A stretch of DNA of 62,912 nt, filler included, from Octopus bimaculoides (GCF_001194135.2; 4 parts of 4 records of this genome joined end to end with filler, not necessarily neighbours in it); one strand, 5' to 3'; positions 1-14,490 are shown, counted from the whole stretch's first letter. The notes: generated from the sequence alone by a model not told the origin. Translations and numbers: made by a program.

Positions 1-2949
1 TATATATATATATATATGCGCTTATGTGTGTGTGTATGTATTTAGTTGTGCGTGTCTGATGTAGAGGGAGGGGTTGGTTTTAGTGTTATCTTTTACATTT
101 TAGATATTATTATATTAATTATATCTTTTTTTTACATTGGCGCATGGCCATTTATTTTGGTGAAATAAACTGTCGAATATATTATGTCGTTGTGGTTAAA
201 TTTATGAACCTTAGAATAATGAAAAGCTGAGTCAGTTTTAGTCCCATCTGAAGTTAAAATTTGAACGAAAAGGACAATACTATATAACCTTCATTAAGTG
301 CACATAGAACAGAGCAAATCGAATCAATGTTGTTTTTATATATTCTCAATATGCTCTGTAATATTAGAACCTATATATGTGCTGTGATATTAGGACCTGA
401 ATATCTGATTGTTGTTGTTTTTCATCGTCGGAGACCATCTCTCTTTAATCGTTGCGTTTTCATAGTACACGTGATCCATCGGTGTTAGGGTTGTTTGGGA
501 CATCGCTCTGTTTCGACACTGGTTGGTTTCTACTCAGTCAAACCTGCCCTCCGAGACCAATGAAGCTGACTAGGGAACGAGCTATTGTTTATAGGAACAC
601 GCGAATAACTTATTTACTAATGTATGATGATGTCTGCCAAACTGATAAAAATTCAAGGTATCCACACAGTCAACGAGAATCTATACAATAATCTATCGGT
701 TTACTTCTAATGTGCTCTGGCAGATTCTGATGTTACTATCGAATCGCTGTTGTTGTTTCATCATCGGAGAAGATTTGTTCCCACATCACAAGTGATTCAG
801 TGGTATAAGGAAGTTTTAGTGGGAGAGAACGCACATTAACTGAATGCATGTGTTCTCCGACGACGAAAACCAACATAGATCAGATATTCTCGTTCAAATC
901 TGTCAGAACGTTTTAAGAGTGAATAGATACGTTCTTGACACCAAGCATAGTGACCGTTCCCATACCAATTCTTCTAATTCACCTCGAACTTTCTGTCATA
1001 ATTTTCCTTGTAGTGTAACATCGCCAAACATCTGCCAGTACACCAGACTCAATTATTACTGTAATAGTATTATAAGTGGAACACGAAGTAGATAATGCTG
1101 AAATTAATAGCATGTAAATAATGGGCTAAAAACCCTTTGGACAGAAAAAAGGGGAGGACTTCGCGTGTGGCTCGAACTCACATCTTCTGGGAACATGACA
1201 AACGTTCTGGCATTCGACCAAAGCAATCGTTCTAATTTTTCTATTCATTTTAGAGGCCTTGTTTTGGTTTACCTAGTAAGAATTTAGAAACTTCGAAATA
1301 TTTCATGTTCTAAACTGTTACGGCGTCACCATTTCCAATAATAATTCTTTGACACTGGTACAAACAACTGGTGCAAGCAACTGGTGCAAACAACGCCGTA
1401 CATTTAACGTAAACGAAGTTCACAAGAAATGTGTGAACTTCCTTGCATTTCCCGTTGGAGTTCTGCTTGTGTTAGATATTATTAAAATGATCGAATTTTA
1501 AAGAAATAATGTTGCAACAGGGCTATTAGCTACATCATTGTATGGTTTTATGGTCTGAGCAGTCGTTGGTCGTTTGTGTCTTGTATTGATGAAGCTAATT
1601 AGAAGGAATCGATGTCGTTTACCAATCTTCCACAAATAGCAGCTAACTCCATCCTAAATCGTACACCAGTGTTTTAATAAAACGAAGGTGATATACGATA
1701 ATGTGATCATAAATATACAAAGTAATCGACAAGAGAGTCACAACTGGAATGGCTTTGGTAATATATTTGCTTGTTCTCAAATAGTCTGGAGTTTAGTGTC
1801 AATAACAACGAGTTATATTTATTTAAATAAACTTGTGAGACAAAAAAAGCAAACAGCCTGCCACAGTAGACTTTAGAAATCTAGCATAAACACAAAACCA
1901 TTCATAAAGGATATATTCAGTTAAGACGGCCATTGTATTTTGACAATTATTCAAATACTAGCTTCGTAATTGTGAAATGTAACTTTGGCTTCTGTGTGAT
2001 TTGTACATTGAACTTAAAAGGAAGCTACTAAGAAATACAAGGACTTTTGTCACGTTGTCTACCATTTTTTGTCATTTCCCCACAATTTAAACATATAAAT
2101 ATTTGAGTTAATCGGACAGGATATTGGATATTCTGGGATTTTTCAAGTCTTTTTAAAGTAGTTTTATGCATAAATTTGCATGCAGTCTTTATAGCAGTGT
2201 TTCATTTATTATGTTGAAAAATTCTGTAATAATTGGTGCGAGGAATAGGTTTGAGGCTATGGAAAAATTTTTAGTAAGATAAAATATATATTAAGTAGAA
2301 CATTTCGTCGTAATATTTTCTCCTTTATCTCGCTGTCCGTTGCCAATATCCTTCATTAATATTTATTGCTATTAACCCTTTTGTCTTGTCTTACCGTCCA
2401 TCTGACTACAACCGTAACAAATAATAATGGAGATAACACAAAGATTTTGCCATTTTAAGAACGTACATTCAATCATATTTAATGACAACAAATAATTTGT
2501 TTTAGCTGGACATGAAGTATCATTTTGTCAACTAGAAAGTATAATTGAACTGATGTATATAACAAATATATATTTGTTAGTTTCCAACAAGATAATCTGT
2601 AAGGATGAATGCAGTAAGATTTGAAATCATGAAATGTCTGAATATTTGATAAAAATGATTTTAAAAAATGCAGGAATACCAAAGGAATATTTCTGTGACA
2701 AGCGTGGCGTTTGTAGGATTTTTACTAATAAGACAAGTTTAGCACGTAACTGTCGAAAACTGATTTCAATGTAAATTTTTGGGGAGGGAGTGCAAGTCAT
2801 ACAGAACGTGTGTAACACTCCCGGAAGCAAGTTTTTGAAATACCTGAAAGTAACGTCTGCTTTTCTATGAAAATCTGAAACTTAGATATAACTACAGTAT
2901 TACAGTATTGGTTCTGCAGTAAAGTACTTACGTCAGTTCATTGCTTTAA

Positions 2950-3290
2950 ATGCAGCTTGTTCACGATAAATTTGATTTTGACAGTTTGCATAAAAAGAAA
3001 AGAAGACAGATATTCCATCCAGTTAATACGTATTCTGAAAATCAAAAAATAACGACCAGATTATGGCTGGACGATAGCAGTTTACTCAAGGTAGTAGCCC
3101 TCAGCTTCCAGCACGGTTAAAAGCAGGTTCAGGAAGCTGGTGCATGCGTTCCTTACCGTGTGCTTTGGAATATCTTCGAAAACATTCTTGATCTTGGTCA
3201 CTAGCTCTGTTATCACTTCTAACGTCAGCAATAAGCACGCATGCGTGTGCCTTTGTATTGTGTTTACCTCCAACCACCACCTGAAATTCG
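2950..3290 (-). mobile_element. Mariner-type transposase remnant (C-terminus)
   Basis: ORF 3273-3082 ends ELVTKIKNVFEDIPKHTVRNACTSFLNLLLTVLEAEGYYLE*, the typical mariner/Tc1 C-terminal pattern. Confidence 0.75.
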
Positions 3291-3723
3291 GTGTTTATTT
3301 ACGTCCTCCGTTCTTTTAAAATTGACAGAACTAGTACCAAACTTAAAATAAATAACAACACAAATACTACTTCAACGCGGTGCCCCAGCATGGCCGCAGT
3401 CCAATGACAGAAACAAATAAATGTAAACGGATAAAGATATGCTCTTTATTATTTTTTTGGCGTGAAAATTATTTTTGAAAAATATCTCCTTCCAAACACT
3501 AATCGCAGACATCCGATATGTCAATAATATGATTCCTATTTAAAACTGGAATTACGTTGTAAATATTTATGACTGATGTCGGGATATAAATAGAGAAAGA
3601 ATTTAAGAATTTCTTTGTTGTGTGTTTTTTTTCACATCAAAGTTCATTATTTGAAACAAGCTTATTTCATTTCAAAGCTGAATTTTATTTTAATTCATTC
3701 ACCCATCATACCTTGTACGTATT

Positions 3724-3766
<43 letters not shown>

Positions 3767-4546
3767 NNNNNNNNNNNNNNNNNNNNNNNNNNNNNNNNNN
3801 NNNNNNNNNNNNNNNNNNNNNNNNNNNNNNNNNNNNNNNNNNNNNNNNNNNNNNNNNNNNNNNNNNNNNNNNNNNNNNNNNNNNNNNNNNNNNNNNNNNN
3901 NNNNNNNNNNNNNNNNNNNNNNNNNNNNNNNNNNNNNNNNNNNNNNNNNNNNNNNNNNNNNNNNNNNNNNNNNNNNNNNNNNNNNNNNNNNNNNNNNNNN
4001 NNNNNNNNNNNNNNNNNNNNNNNNNNNNNNNNNNNNNNNNNNNNNNNNNNNNNNNNNNNNNNNNNNNNNNNNNNNNNNNNNNNNNNNNNNNNNNNNNNNN
4101 NNNNNNNNNNNNNNNNNNNNNNNNNNNNNNNNNNNNNNNNNNNNNNNNNNNNNNNNNNNNNNNNNNNNNNNNNNNNNNNNNNNNNNNNNNNNNNNNNNNN
4201 NNNNNNNNNNNNNNNNNNNNNNNNNNNNNNNNNNNNNNNNNNNNNNNNNNNNNNNNNNNNNNNNNNNNNNNNNNNNNNNNNNNNNNNNNNNNNNNNNNNN
4301 NNNNNNNNNNNNNNNNNNNNNNNNNNNNNNNNNNNNNNNNNNNNNNNNNNNNNNNNNNNNNNNNNNNNNNNNNNNNNNNNNNNNNNNNNNNNNNNNNNNN
4401 NNNNNNNNNNNNNNNNNNNNNNNNNNNNNNNNNNNNNNNNNNNNNNNNNNNNNNNNNNNNNNNNNNNNNNNNNNNNNNNNNNNNNNNNNNNNNNNNNNNN
4501 NNNNNNNNNNNNNNNNNNNNNNNNNNNNNNNNNNNNNNNNNNNNNN

Positions 4547-4585
<39 letters not shown>

Positions 4586-6299
4586 GATATTTACATTGGT
4601 GATAATCATTCTTACAATGACAATACTCTTCTCAATACGCGTGACCTACCAGTTTAACCAATCGTTTTCACTTCTTGCAGCGATAGCAAGCTAACGATCA
4701 TTCTCAAATAACTTTCAGTTCCTTTGTTGATCATTCCCAGTACTTCTACAACCACTGGTATTGTAATCGCTTTGAGATGCCACAGTTTTTTCGATTTCAA
4801 TCAGTAAACCCATATATTTTTTGAATTCGTTAAATTTTGTCGAGGTATGATCCCGTTTTTGCATATTACTTAATGCCATTGCAATTGTTGTTGCTGTTGG
4901 ATTTGCTACTAACCGATCTTGTTACAACTGTTCTTGCTGTTGTTGTTGTTGTTTTTCTTCTATGCTATTCCAGATGTCGCCACATTCAGTTCTCTCGCAG
5001 ACGATGTTGTTGGTGTGGTCGTTCCCAACGTTATTGTCGCATTGTAGTTGTTTTTGTTATTGGTGGTGGTGTTGAAATAGGCGTTCGTGTTGGCGGGAGA
5101 ACAGTTTTATTGAAACTGTTACTGTCCTTGTTGTTGTTGTTGTTGCCGTTGTTCGTTATTTTGTGGAAATTAACTGTTACAAACTTAAATAGATTTTATT
5201 AACTGAAATTGCTTTTGAAGAAGCGAATTGATGCTGTGATCAATCTAATAGAATCAATGATACAGATTCATTGCCAAGTTTATATTCTCGATTCAGAGAA
5301 GAAAAAAAAAGAAAAGAAAAAAGAACACTTTTTCTTTATGGTTCGGTTTGTTTATTTGGAGTGAGAAGCTGAAGTGTCTGTAACCTGAAATAGGCCTTCT
5401 CATACAAAAAAATTACAAAACTGCAGCCACTACTACTGCTGCTACTGCTGCTGTTCTAAAATAGACTAATTGATATCGTAGCTTCAAAGTAACATGTCTG
5501 TTAGAAATAAGATAACCGATGCGCCACTTAAAAAGCAGTTGGTCTCGGATGTGTATATACCATAGCATGTGTATGATATCCGATTTAAGACGTAACAAAT
5601 GTCAAAATTAGCAAATTTTATGTTATAAATCATTGATGCAGTTATTTAGACGTTGGTCAGCTGTGATGGAGCAGAGCAGACTACTGACCACAGGGGGTTT
5701 TAATTGTGGGAATCACGTCCTTTTAAGAATTTACCTAGATCCATATTAGAGAACAGGCAATATCATTTCTCGTGATAGTGTTGCATGTAATATAAATAAA
5801 TAATCAACCATATACATTTGTGGACTGCTGGTTGTTACAGTCACAAATTCACGCTAAGCTGAGTGTAAATTTTCATTCTGTTTATTTAACCAGGAACTTA
5901 ATGTATACATTTTTACAGCAGTTGGAGAAATAATAGCATTTGAGAATTAACAAATAAAAGAACGTTTGGTCATTGCAGTAAGCTGCAATATAATACCACA
6001 AAAATTTATAATTAGTGAGGACAGATTAAGTTAAGCAAATAAAAATGACATTTTATGAGATTTACCGACATAGTCTCGGGTAGTGTTTACAGCCGTTATT
6101 TACTTTTGAGGATAGAATAACCAAGAAGACACTAAATAACGGAAAATGACATAACTTCCTGTAGAATCTGATCTCTATTTTGTTAGATTTGTCCAGCATT
6201 TTATATACCATCGGCAAAAAAAATAAATAAACCATTTGGCGAGAAAATTCCAGCATACTAATGAATCTGATTCACAGCCATGTGAGCCATTTCTTGTTG

Positions 6300-6685
6300 A
6301 ATTAACTCATAATAGAATTATAATCCTACCGAACATGAGGCCCCTATTTGTTCCACGTACTTCTCGAGATTTTTGCTCACTGTACCCAGGGCTTCGAGAA
6401 TTATTGGTACTACTACCACCTTTTCCATCGACCACAACTACTTTACCTCCCAAGCTAACCTGTCATACCTATCAGCTTTTCTTTCTTTCTTACCGCATAC
6501 CTTGTTGTCAGCTGGGCATGCTATATCTATGATCCAACATACTTTGTTTTCTTTCTCAATTAACACTATGTCTAGCTTCCTATTCTCTATCTCATGGTCG
6601 CACTGAATCATAAAATCCCATAGGATCTTGCCATGACCATTTTGGATGATGCCTTCGGGTTTATAGTCGTACCAATTTTTTGTTC
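6300..6685 (-). mobile_element. Non-LTR retrotransposon fragment, restriction-like endonuclease domain (R4/Dong/NeSL type)
   Basis: Translates KILWDFMIQCDHEIENRKLDIVLIEKENKVCWIIDIACPADNK...RYDRLAWEVK*LWSMEKVVVVPIILEALGTV, with one internal stop. Confidence 0.88.
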
Positions 6686-6759
6686 TGTCAAGTCCATACT
6701 TGTTGCAAACTTATTATTATTATTATTATTATTATCATCATCATCATTATTATCATTTG

Positions 6760-6825
<66 letters not shown>

Positions 6826-7140
6826 AATAATATACAAATAGGAAATAAGTATGAATATTCTAATGTCAGTTTTATATTTGCAGTAAAGGTAAATGGAGTT
6901 TTGATAATATATCTATGAATATGAATTCTGAATTTAACATAAAATAGAAATTGTAGAAGAAGAAATAAAATCAATGAGAGAAGTCCTAAAATAAAAGAAG
7001 GATAAAATATATCTATACATATATAATAAGATATGATTGAGATGAATGTTGTAAATATTTAAGATATCATCCAGCGAAATATGGAGATGAGAAAAGAAAC
7101 AAAATTGCTACATACACACATACACACATATGTATATTAA

Positions 7141-7177
<37 letters not shown>

Positions 7178-7217
7178 TAACCATTAAGTTTTATATTATT
7201 TGTTTCTACTTATGTGA

Positions 7218-7291
<74 letters not shown>

Positions 7292-7508
7292 AGATAGATA
7301 GATAGATAGATAGCCAGAGAGAGATATGTATGTATACATACATCTATATATAAATGCATTACATATATAAATTTTATAAATATATATATATTATACATAT
7401 ATATTATATATATGTATATATATATACACATACACACGTACACGTACATACACACACAGACACACACACACACACANNNNNNNNNNNNNNNNNNNNNNNN
7501 NNNNNNNN

Positions 7509-7556
<48 letters not shown>

Positions 7557-7899
7557 AATATGAATATACAAGTGTATGTACATATATTTATATGTATACA
7601 CACATACACACACACATATATATATATGCGCGTGCGTGTGTATGTATATATATATACACATACACACGTACACGTACATACACACACAGACACACACACA
7701 CACACACACACATAAAATTAATCTAGCTAGTCAAGAGAATCTGTGTAAGAGCTGAAAGCAGCAGTCATACTGACAAGTAATGTTTAACGCCACCTGCACA
7801 CAGGTGTTCCCCAGGAATAACAGTATCTTTGGCTCCTACGAAACAGCTGCATTTAAGTGGAGGCAAAAGGGGACACCCTGACACTCCTATACTCCCTTC

Positions 7900-8135
7900 C
7901 TGCAGATGACACTCTCATGGCATCCAACAATATCAGAAACGTAGACAACAACTTAAGCTGGGATCCTTAAATAAGCAGCGAAGTCGAAATGACCTGCACA
8001 ATCTGCTCAAGGAATCTCAGAACTTGCCAGTCGAGAGATATCCACACCATTATCCTTCTCTTCTCCACGTTTGCCCGACCTCACCTTGAATAATGTTGTC
8101 TACTGCTTTCCATTTGTTTCTCTCGTTGTTTGCAT
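7900..8135 (+). mobile_element. CR1/L2-like LINE ORF2 remnant
   Basis: Decayed frame DNNLSWDP*...FSTFARPHLE*CC resembles the post-RT NLSW..VRPHLEYC motif. Confidence 0.55.
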
Positions 8136-8213
8136 ACCCAAGTACCCCTTCATATTTCATGTTGTTTTTGTATTTCATGTTGTTTACGCTTTGTGACGTC
8201 CTGTACCCACATA

Positions 8214-8261
<48 letters not shown>

Positions 8262-8377
8262 CTTTTATATATATATATGCATATATATCTATATATCTAT
8301 ATATATGTATGTATGTATNNNNNNNNNNNNNNNNNNNNNNNNNNNNNNNNNNNNNNNNNNNNNNNNNNNNNNNNNNN

Positions 8378-8425
<48 letters not shown>

Positions 8426-9060
8426 GTATATATGTGTTTTCGTAGTAATGTCATATACAGCATATGCTAGTGCACTCAGACGTTACGTAAGAAAAAGCAA
8501 CTTTCTTTCGGGGTCGATAAAATAAAATACCAGTGAATTCCTGGTATCAAAGCAATGGTTCCTTAACCTGTTTTGCAAGTTGCAGCACAATAATTGAAAT
8601 TGCTGTGGGTGGCACCTGTAGATAGCTATGTGGAATGGACTGTTCCTATGATTGTTACCTGTGTTAGCCATGGAAATACAGTGCAGACACAGTAATATAA
8701 CCTACAACAGCAAAAACGACAACAACGGCTATCAATTTACGAGTTACTTAGTTCTTCATTTTCACTTACTCATCTGTGCATTTCATTAGAAGAGCAGAAA
8801 ATAAAATGAAATAAGATAAAATAAGATAAAAACAAAATAAAAAAAACAAAACAATAGGAGTAAAACGACAGAAAGCTATAACAAGACCGAAATTCTGCAA
8901 CAAAAGCAACGAAAATAACAACAATCACAGTGAACTCTGTCTTTGAAAGTAATGAGCAGTATTATAGACCGTGACAATGGCAGTCGCAACAGAAACTGCA
9001 GAATATTCTTGACGTTCTTGACTATAATGTTAGTAACTTCAGGCAGTAGAAAACAGCAGC

Positions 9061-9092
<32 letters not shown>

Positions 9093-10096
9093 GAACAACA
9101 ACAACAACAACAATATTGACAACTGTTGCTCTTATTTCAGCGTCAGCAATGAATGCAAAACCATTTTCGATAACAACATCAACAAACAGTAACTACAAGA
9201 GCTTCTCCGTTTCGTTCCGGCTCACAGTGTTCTGAATTTAAATACCACCGAGGTCACATTTAACCTTCATAATTTTCAGGTTCGATAAATAAATACTAGT
9301 TCAATAGTGACTTCGGTTTAACTCCCCCCTGGCCTTCTGGCTTCCCGTTCATCTTTTCCTTCTTTCCGTCCTTCCCTGTCTGGTTTTTCTGAAAGACATC
9401 GGGTGTGGTCAAGCGTGGAGAAGGATAGCCAATACCACATTTAGCTTCACAGAAACGCTTCTATGAGACATAGTGTTGCTGGAGTGACCAAAGCATGGTG
9501 ATACCACTGACCACAACAATATTAATAAGATATTGACTACGAGAATGTTAAGTGTCACTAATAAACGTTGGAGTCACTTTATACCACATCGACCTGCTAG
9601 AAATAGCAGTGAAACCACGAGAATTATACAGTAGCATCTCATAAAGAGGTCGTAAACAATGTTCGGAATATATATGGGGTTGTCTTTGCAATAACAACAA
9701 CAACAACAAAACCACCATCCCCATTTACATAACTACACCACCACAACCACCACCACCACCACCGCCACCATCGCCATTACATCCACAGCTAGAACCACCA
9801 CTGAAACCTCAACAACTACCTCCACTACCATTCTCACTAAGACGACCACTAATCTAAAAACCACCGCCACCACCACCACCACAAAAAAAAACAACAACGA
9901 CAAAAACAAAAACGGCAATGTCAAATGCAACATTAATGAGAATAAAAAACGTATACATCAAAGTCGAAGAACACAAGAACAGCAACCGAAGAAGTGAAAC
10001 AAGGAATCGGTTTTGATCAACAATTTATGCATAAGTCTGTCAGTATTTACGAGTGCGTGCATATGTGGACGTGAGTGTACATGTATATATATACAA

Positions 10097-10155
<59 letters not shown>

Positions 10156-10171
10156 NNNNNNNNNNNNNNNN

Positions 10172-10214
<43 letters not shown>

Positions 10215-10296
10215 TATATGTATATATATGTATATACCTATATATATATGTACATACATTTACATATATATGCATGTACATATATTTATGTATATT

Positions 10297-10334
<38 letters not shown>

Positions 10335-11000
10335 TAGATATATACACATATATGCACATATGTCTACATATATATGTAAGTATATATATGTATGTACATA
10401 CATGTATGTATATATAGATATGTTGGGGGGACAAACACAGACACACAAACACACACACACACGCAATGTTTGTAAGTGAAGTTTGATGTTGCTCTTCCTC
10501 CTGGACCCTCTCCCCACCTTTCCGTCTCTACAATTAACATATACAACATATATTTCATTTTTCTAAATGGTATTCCTTAGAGCTTCGACAGCAAAACAGT
10601 TCTAAGAACAATGGCATACATAAATTCATCCACAGTCAAACGTAGACATACATGCGCTCTGGCACACTCGCACACAGACACAGACAAACAGACAGACAGA
10701 CAGACACACACACACAGACACACGCATACACACACGCATATATCAGTGTGTNNNNNNNNNNNNNNNNNNNNNNNNNNNNNNNNNNNNNNNNNNNNNNNNN
10801 NNNNNNNNNNNNNNNNNNNNNNNNNNNNNNNNNNNNNNNNNNNNNNNNNNNNNNNNNNNNNNNNNNNNNNNNNNNNNNNNNNNNNNNNNNNNNNNNNNNN
10901 NNNNNNNNNNNNNNNNNNNNNNNNNNNNNNNNNNNNNNNNNNNNNNNNNNNNNNNNNNNNNNNNNNNNNNNNNNNNNNNNNNNNNNNNNNNNNNNNNNNN

Positions 11001-11282
11001 TTGGTAGACGGAAACTGAAAGAAGCCCGTCGTATATATGTATGTATATATATGTGTGTGTGTGTGTGTTTGTGTGTCTGTGTGTTTGTGTGTCTGTGTTT
11101 CTCCCCCCAACATCGCTTGACAACCGATGCTGACAACCCGTAACTTAGCGGTTCGGCAAAAGAGACCGATAGAATAAGTACTAGGCTTCCAAAGAATAAG
11201 TCCTGGGGTCGATTTGCACAACAAAAGGCGGTACTCCAGCATGGCCGCAGTCAAATTACTGAAACAAGTAAAAGAGTAAAGA
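11001..11282 (+). mobile_element. SINE family C 3' part
   Basis: TTGGTAGACGGAAACTGAAAGAAGCCCGTCG...CCAGCATGGCCGCAGTCAAA. Confidence 0.85.
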
Positions 11283-11341
11283 GTATATCATTGGGGTACA
11301 AAGGAGCACCAGCTTCGCTGATCATAGGTGTTATAATAAAC

Positions 11342-11516
11342 ACTCCGAAGCAACAGTAACCATCACTAAACTTTTACAGGCATGGTGGTAAAATATAAGC
11401 GAATAAGAACTGCGCCTTACTTCTGCAATTTGCAAAGCTAACGCACAATTGTTATTCACTTAGTATTTTTCCACCTGCCTGTAAAATCTTAGTGATTGTC
11501 TCTGTGGCTTCGGAGT
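11342..11516. mobile_element. Palindromic MITE-like element
   Basis: ~73-bp imperfect inverted arms (ACTCCGAAGC...TGCG / CGCA...GCTTCGGAGT) with a ~27-bp loop. A second left end CACTCCGAAG at ~11906 runs into a gap. Confidence 0.65.
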
Positions 11517-12632
11517 TTAGTATGACTCCTAAGTTTAGCAAAGCTGGGGCTTCATTGTACCTTAATTATATATATATAAGCAATGTTAATTCTCTAAATG
11601 AAGTATTAACAGTAACTGCACGATAAAGTGAAGTGTATTGCCACTTAAGTGTGGCTGACCCCTAGGGGTGGATATTACTGTTGCTTTAGCCCCAGGAGGA
11701 CATCTCCTCCAGCTGGCTTATCGACACACTACTGTGTCCTGTTTGTTTTGCCAAAGGAAATTATCCCTCTAAATATATAAAAGAACATTAATACTCATGA
11801 GAGATATTACTGTTAGTGGCCGCAAGCTAAAACCGCTCAGGCAAAATTAATATATATAATAAAGGCGCTTCTTTAAGCACCAGCTTTGCTAAATAAGAGT
11901 CAAAACACTCCGAAGTGTGAAATTNNNNNNNNNNNNNNNNNNNNNNNNNNNNNNNNNNNNNNNNNNNNNNNNNNNNNNNNNNNNNNNNNNNNNNNNNNNN
12001 NNNNNNNNNNNNNNNNNNNNNNNNNNNNNNNNNNNNNNNNNNNNNNNNNNNNNNNNNNNNNNNNNNNNNNNNNNNNNNNNNNNNNNNNNNNNNNNNNNNN
12101 NNNNNNNNNNNNNNNNNNNNNNNNNNNNNNNNNNNNNNNNNNNNNNNNNNNNNNNNNNNNNNNNNNNNNNNNNNNNNNNNNNNNNNNNNNNNNNNNNNNN
12201 NNNNNNNNNNNNNNNNNNNNNNNNNNNNNNNNNNNNNNNNNNNNNNNNNNNNNNNNNNNNNNNNNNNNNNNNNNNNNNNNNNNNNNNNNNNNNNNNNNNN
12301 NNNNNNNNNNNNNNNNNNNNNNNNNNNNNNNNNNNNNNNNNNNNNNNNNNNNNNNNNNNNNNNNNNNNNNNNNNNNNNNNNNNNNNNNNNNNNNNNNNNN
12401 NNNNNNNNNNNNNNNNNNNNNNNNNNNNNNNNNNNNNNNNNNNNNNNNNNNNNNNNNNNNNNNNNNNNNNNNNNNNNNNNNATACATATATACACGACGA
12501 TCTTCCAGTTTCGTTTTACGAAGTTCACTCACAAGGATTTGGACCGCCCGAGGCTATAATAGAAAACACCTGAGCAAAGTGGCATGCAGTGGTATTGAAC
12601 CAGGAACCATGTGGTTGGAGAGCAAACTTCTC

Positions 12633-12672
<40 letters not shown>

Positions 12673-12955
12673 CACATTAGATCAAGATTCTAGTTCACCA
12701 GGCACTTAAACAGTAAGGTACCATTTCGGGTCAAAAAGTAGAATGTTTACACAACAAAAATAGAGGAATACATACGCGGGTACCGAAGCCCAGGTAGAAA
12801 GATATCCAGGTTATGGATACGATTTACTGTACTCAACTAAACGACTAAGTATCAATAGTCCTGAAGCTAATCAAGAAACGCACATTCGGCTAAACGTAAG
12901 GTTCATAATATACTTCGGCTGTATGCAAGAAGCAGTTTCCGAAAGAAGTGAATAA

Positions 12956-12987
<32 letters not shown>

Positions 12988-13489
12988 GGCTGGATAATGT
13001 GTTATTTCATTATAGCTGTTTTCCAACGAATTTTCAATTGATTAATGTAGACATTACATCTTTAGAAAAAAACCGCTTTCATCAGGTGAATACACGAACC
13101 ACAAAATTCAAAGACATTCAAATTCCAACGGAATGTGCATCTTTATGATTCCATGATCTTTGCTGGTCATAGTAGGAATTTGTTAGTTCAGTTTGGTAGC
13201 ATTATAGAAGAAAATAACGCGATGTCATGTGTGGGTAGTAAGGGTAACGAAGAAGGAGGCTAGAGGATGGGGTAGAGGAGAATCAGATAGCGAAGCATCT
13301 CGACCCTACGACTAAGATGGAGTTAGTCTCTTTTATCTGTTAACTCTATTTAACACGCGGTTTTGGGGCTAAATACAAAGGGTAAGGTCACCCAGTTACT
13401 TATCTATTTACTTATTTGACAGCCTTTTCTATGCCCCCTTTAAAGCGAATAGGACCATAGAAGAGAAAGACAATAAGTCTGAGATTTTA

Positions 13490-13725
13490 CTAAAGTAGAA
13501 GGGTAGCGCCCTGTACGGGACAGTGCTACTGGCGTTTATAGCCCCGGGAAGTCATCTCTCCCAGCTGGCTAACGACACACATTCTATATCCAATTATTAT
13601 TTGTGAGGGGAGGTCATCGCTCCCATCCTAGCCTTACGTGATGCACACGGACTCAAGTTTCTGGGTGGTTACCCGTCCTCATCGTGTGTTAATCACCAGC
13701 TAGTGATGAAAACTCACCCCACCTG
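13490..13725 (+). repeat. Unclassified interspersed repeat (also ~11650-11760 and ~22370-22590)
   Basis: Shared AGCCCC(A/G)GGA..CCAGCTGGCT..CGACAC..GGTCATCGCTCCCATC..CGTGATGC..CTAGTGA. Confidence 0.65.
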
Positions 13726-13975
13726 CAATTTGTTTTAATAATGATTTGAATATGTTTTAACGTATTTTATTTAATTTTCCATTTCAGTGTTTGTTTTCAA
13801 TTGTTTTATTAAAATATGTTCGCCGAGATCGACGTAAAGTCCGATAGATTAACCGACGTTGAGGTTCATTTCTTAAAAACAAACAAAACGGCGTAAAGTC
13901 GAAGAAGACGTAAGTTGAGGTACGGTTCATATCTATAAGTTTGTATGTATGTAAAATATTTTCTACTATAGGAAC

Positions 13976-14124
13976 AAGGCCGGAATTTTCGGAAATAGGG
14001 TTAGTCGATTTTATCGACCACAAAAGGATAAAGTTGATGTCGGCGGAATTTGAACTCAGAACATAAAGAATGAAATACCGCTCAGTGTTTTGCTCGACGT
14101 GGTTCCCACTCTGCCAGCACGTCG
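13976..14124 (-). mobile_element. SINE family A copy, internally deleted
   Basis: Reverse-complement match to the family A head and 3' part. Confidence 0.75.
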
Positions 14125-14169
14125 TCATACATATTTATTTGATGAAAGATAGGTTGCTCAAAGTCTCAT

Positions 14170-14490
14170 GGCCTTAACTTCGGGAAGTGCAGCACCATCG
14201 GATATAATTCCTAATTCATGCAATTTACGATGTTCTACCGTGGACATGCATCTTGTACTGCTGGAGAAATTTGGAGTCAGCATGTTGCCCTTTGTGCTGG
14301 AGGAGAGGGACCTAGGAGTGCAGCCTCAGTAGTCGTGGGAAACTTTAGGACAGAGTCGCTACTGACGGAGGAATGGCCTGGTTTGGAAGATTTTTGCAGG
14401 CGTCCTATAATGTGAGATTAACCCATTTCAAGCAAGATTATCGCCTTTGTTAAAGCTGGTGAAAGGAAGATGCTAACTGCTAGGCTCACC
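14170..14490 (+). mobile_element. CR1-like LINE ORF2 remnant
   Basis: LPFVLEERDLGV resembles the CR1/L2 E(E)KDLGV motif; multiple stops. Confidence 0.5.

Noticed and set aside
1155-1235. tRNA-like sequence on the minus strand (B-box GAGTTCGAGCC)
   Set aside because: I could not build a complete cloverleaf; it is most likely a decayed SINE head, as are the other tRNA-like heads in the window.
1250-2330. Possible decayed Penelope or Helitron coding sequence
   Set aside because: All frames are broken and no motif could be identified with confidence.
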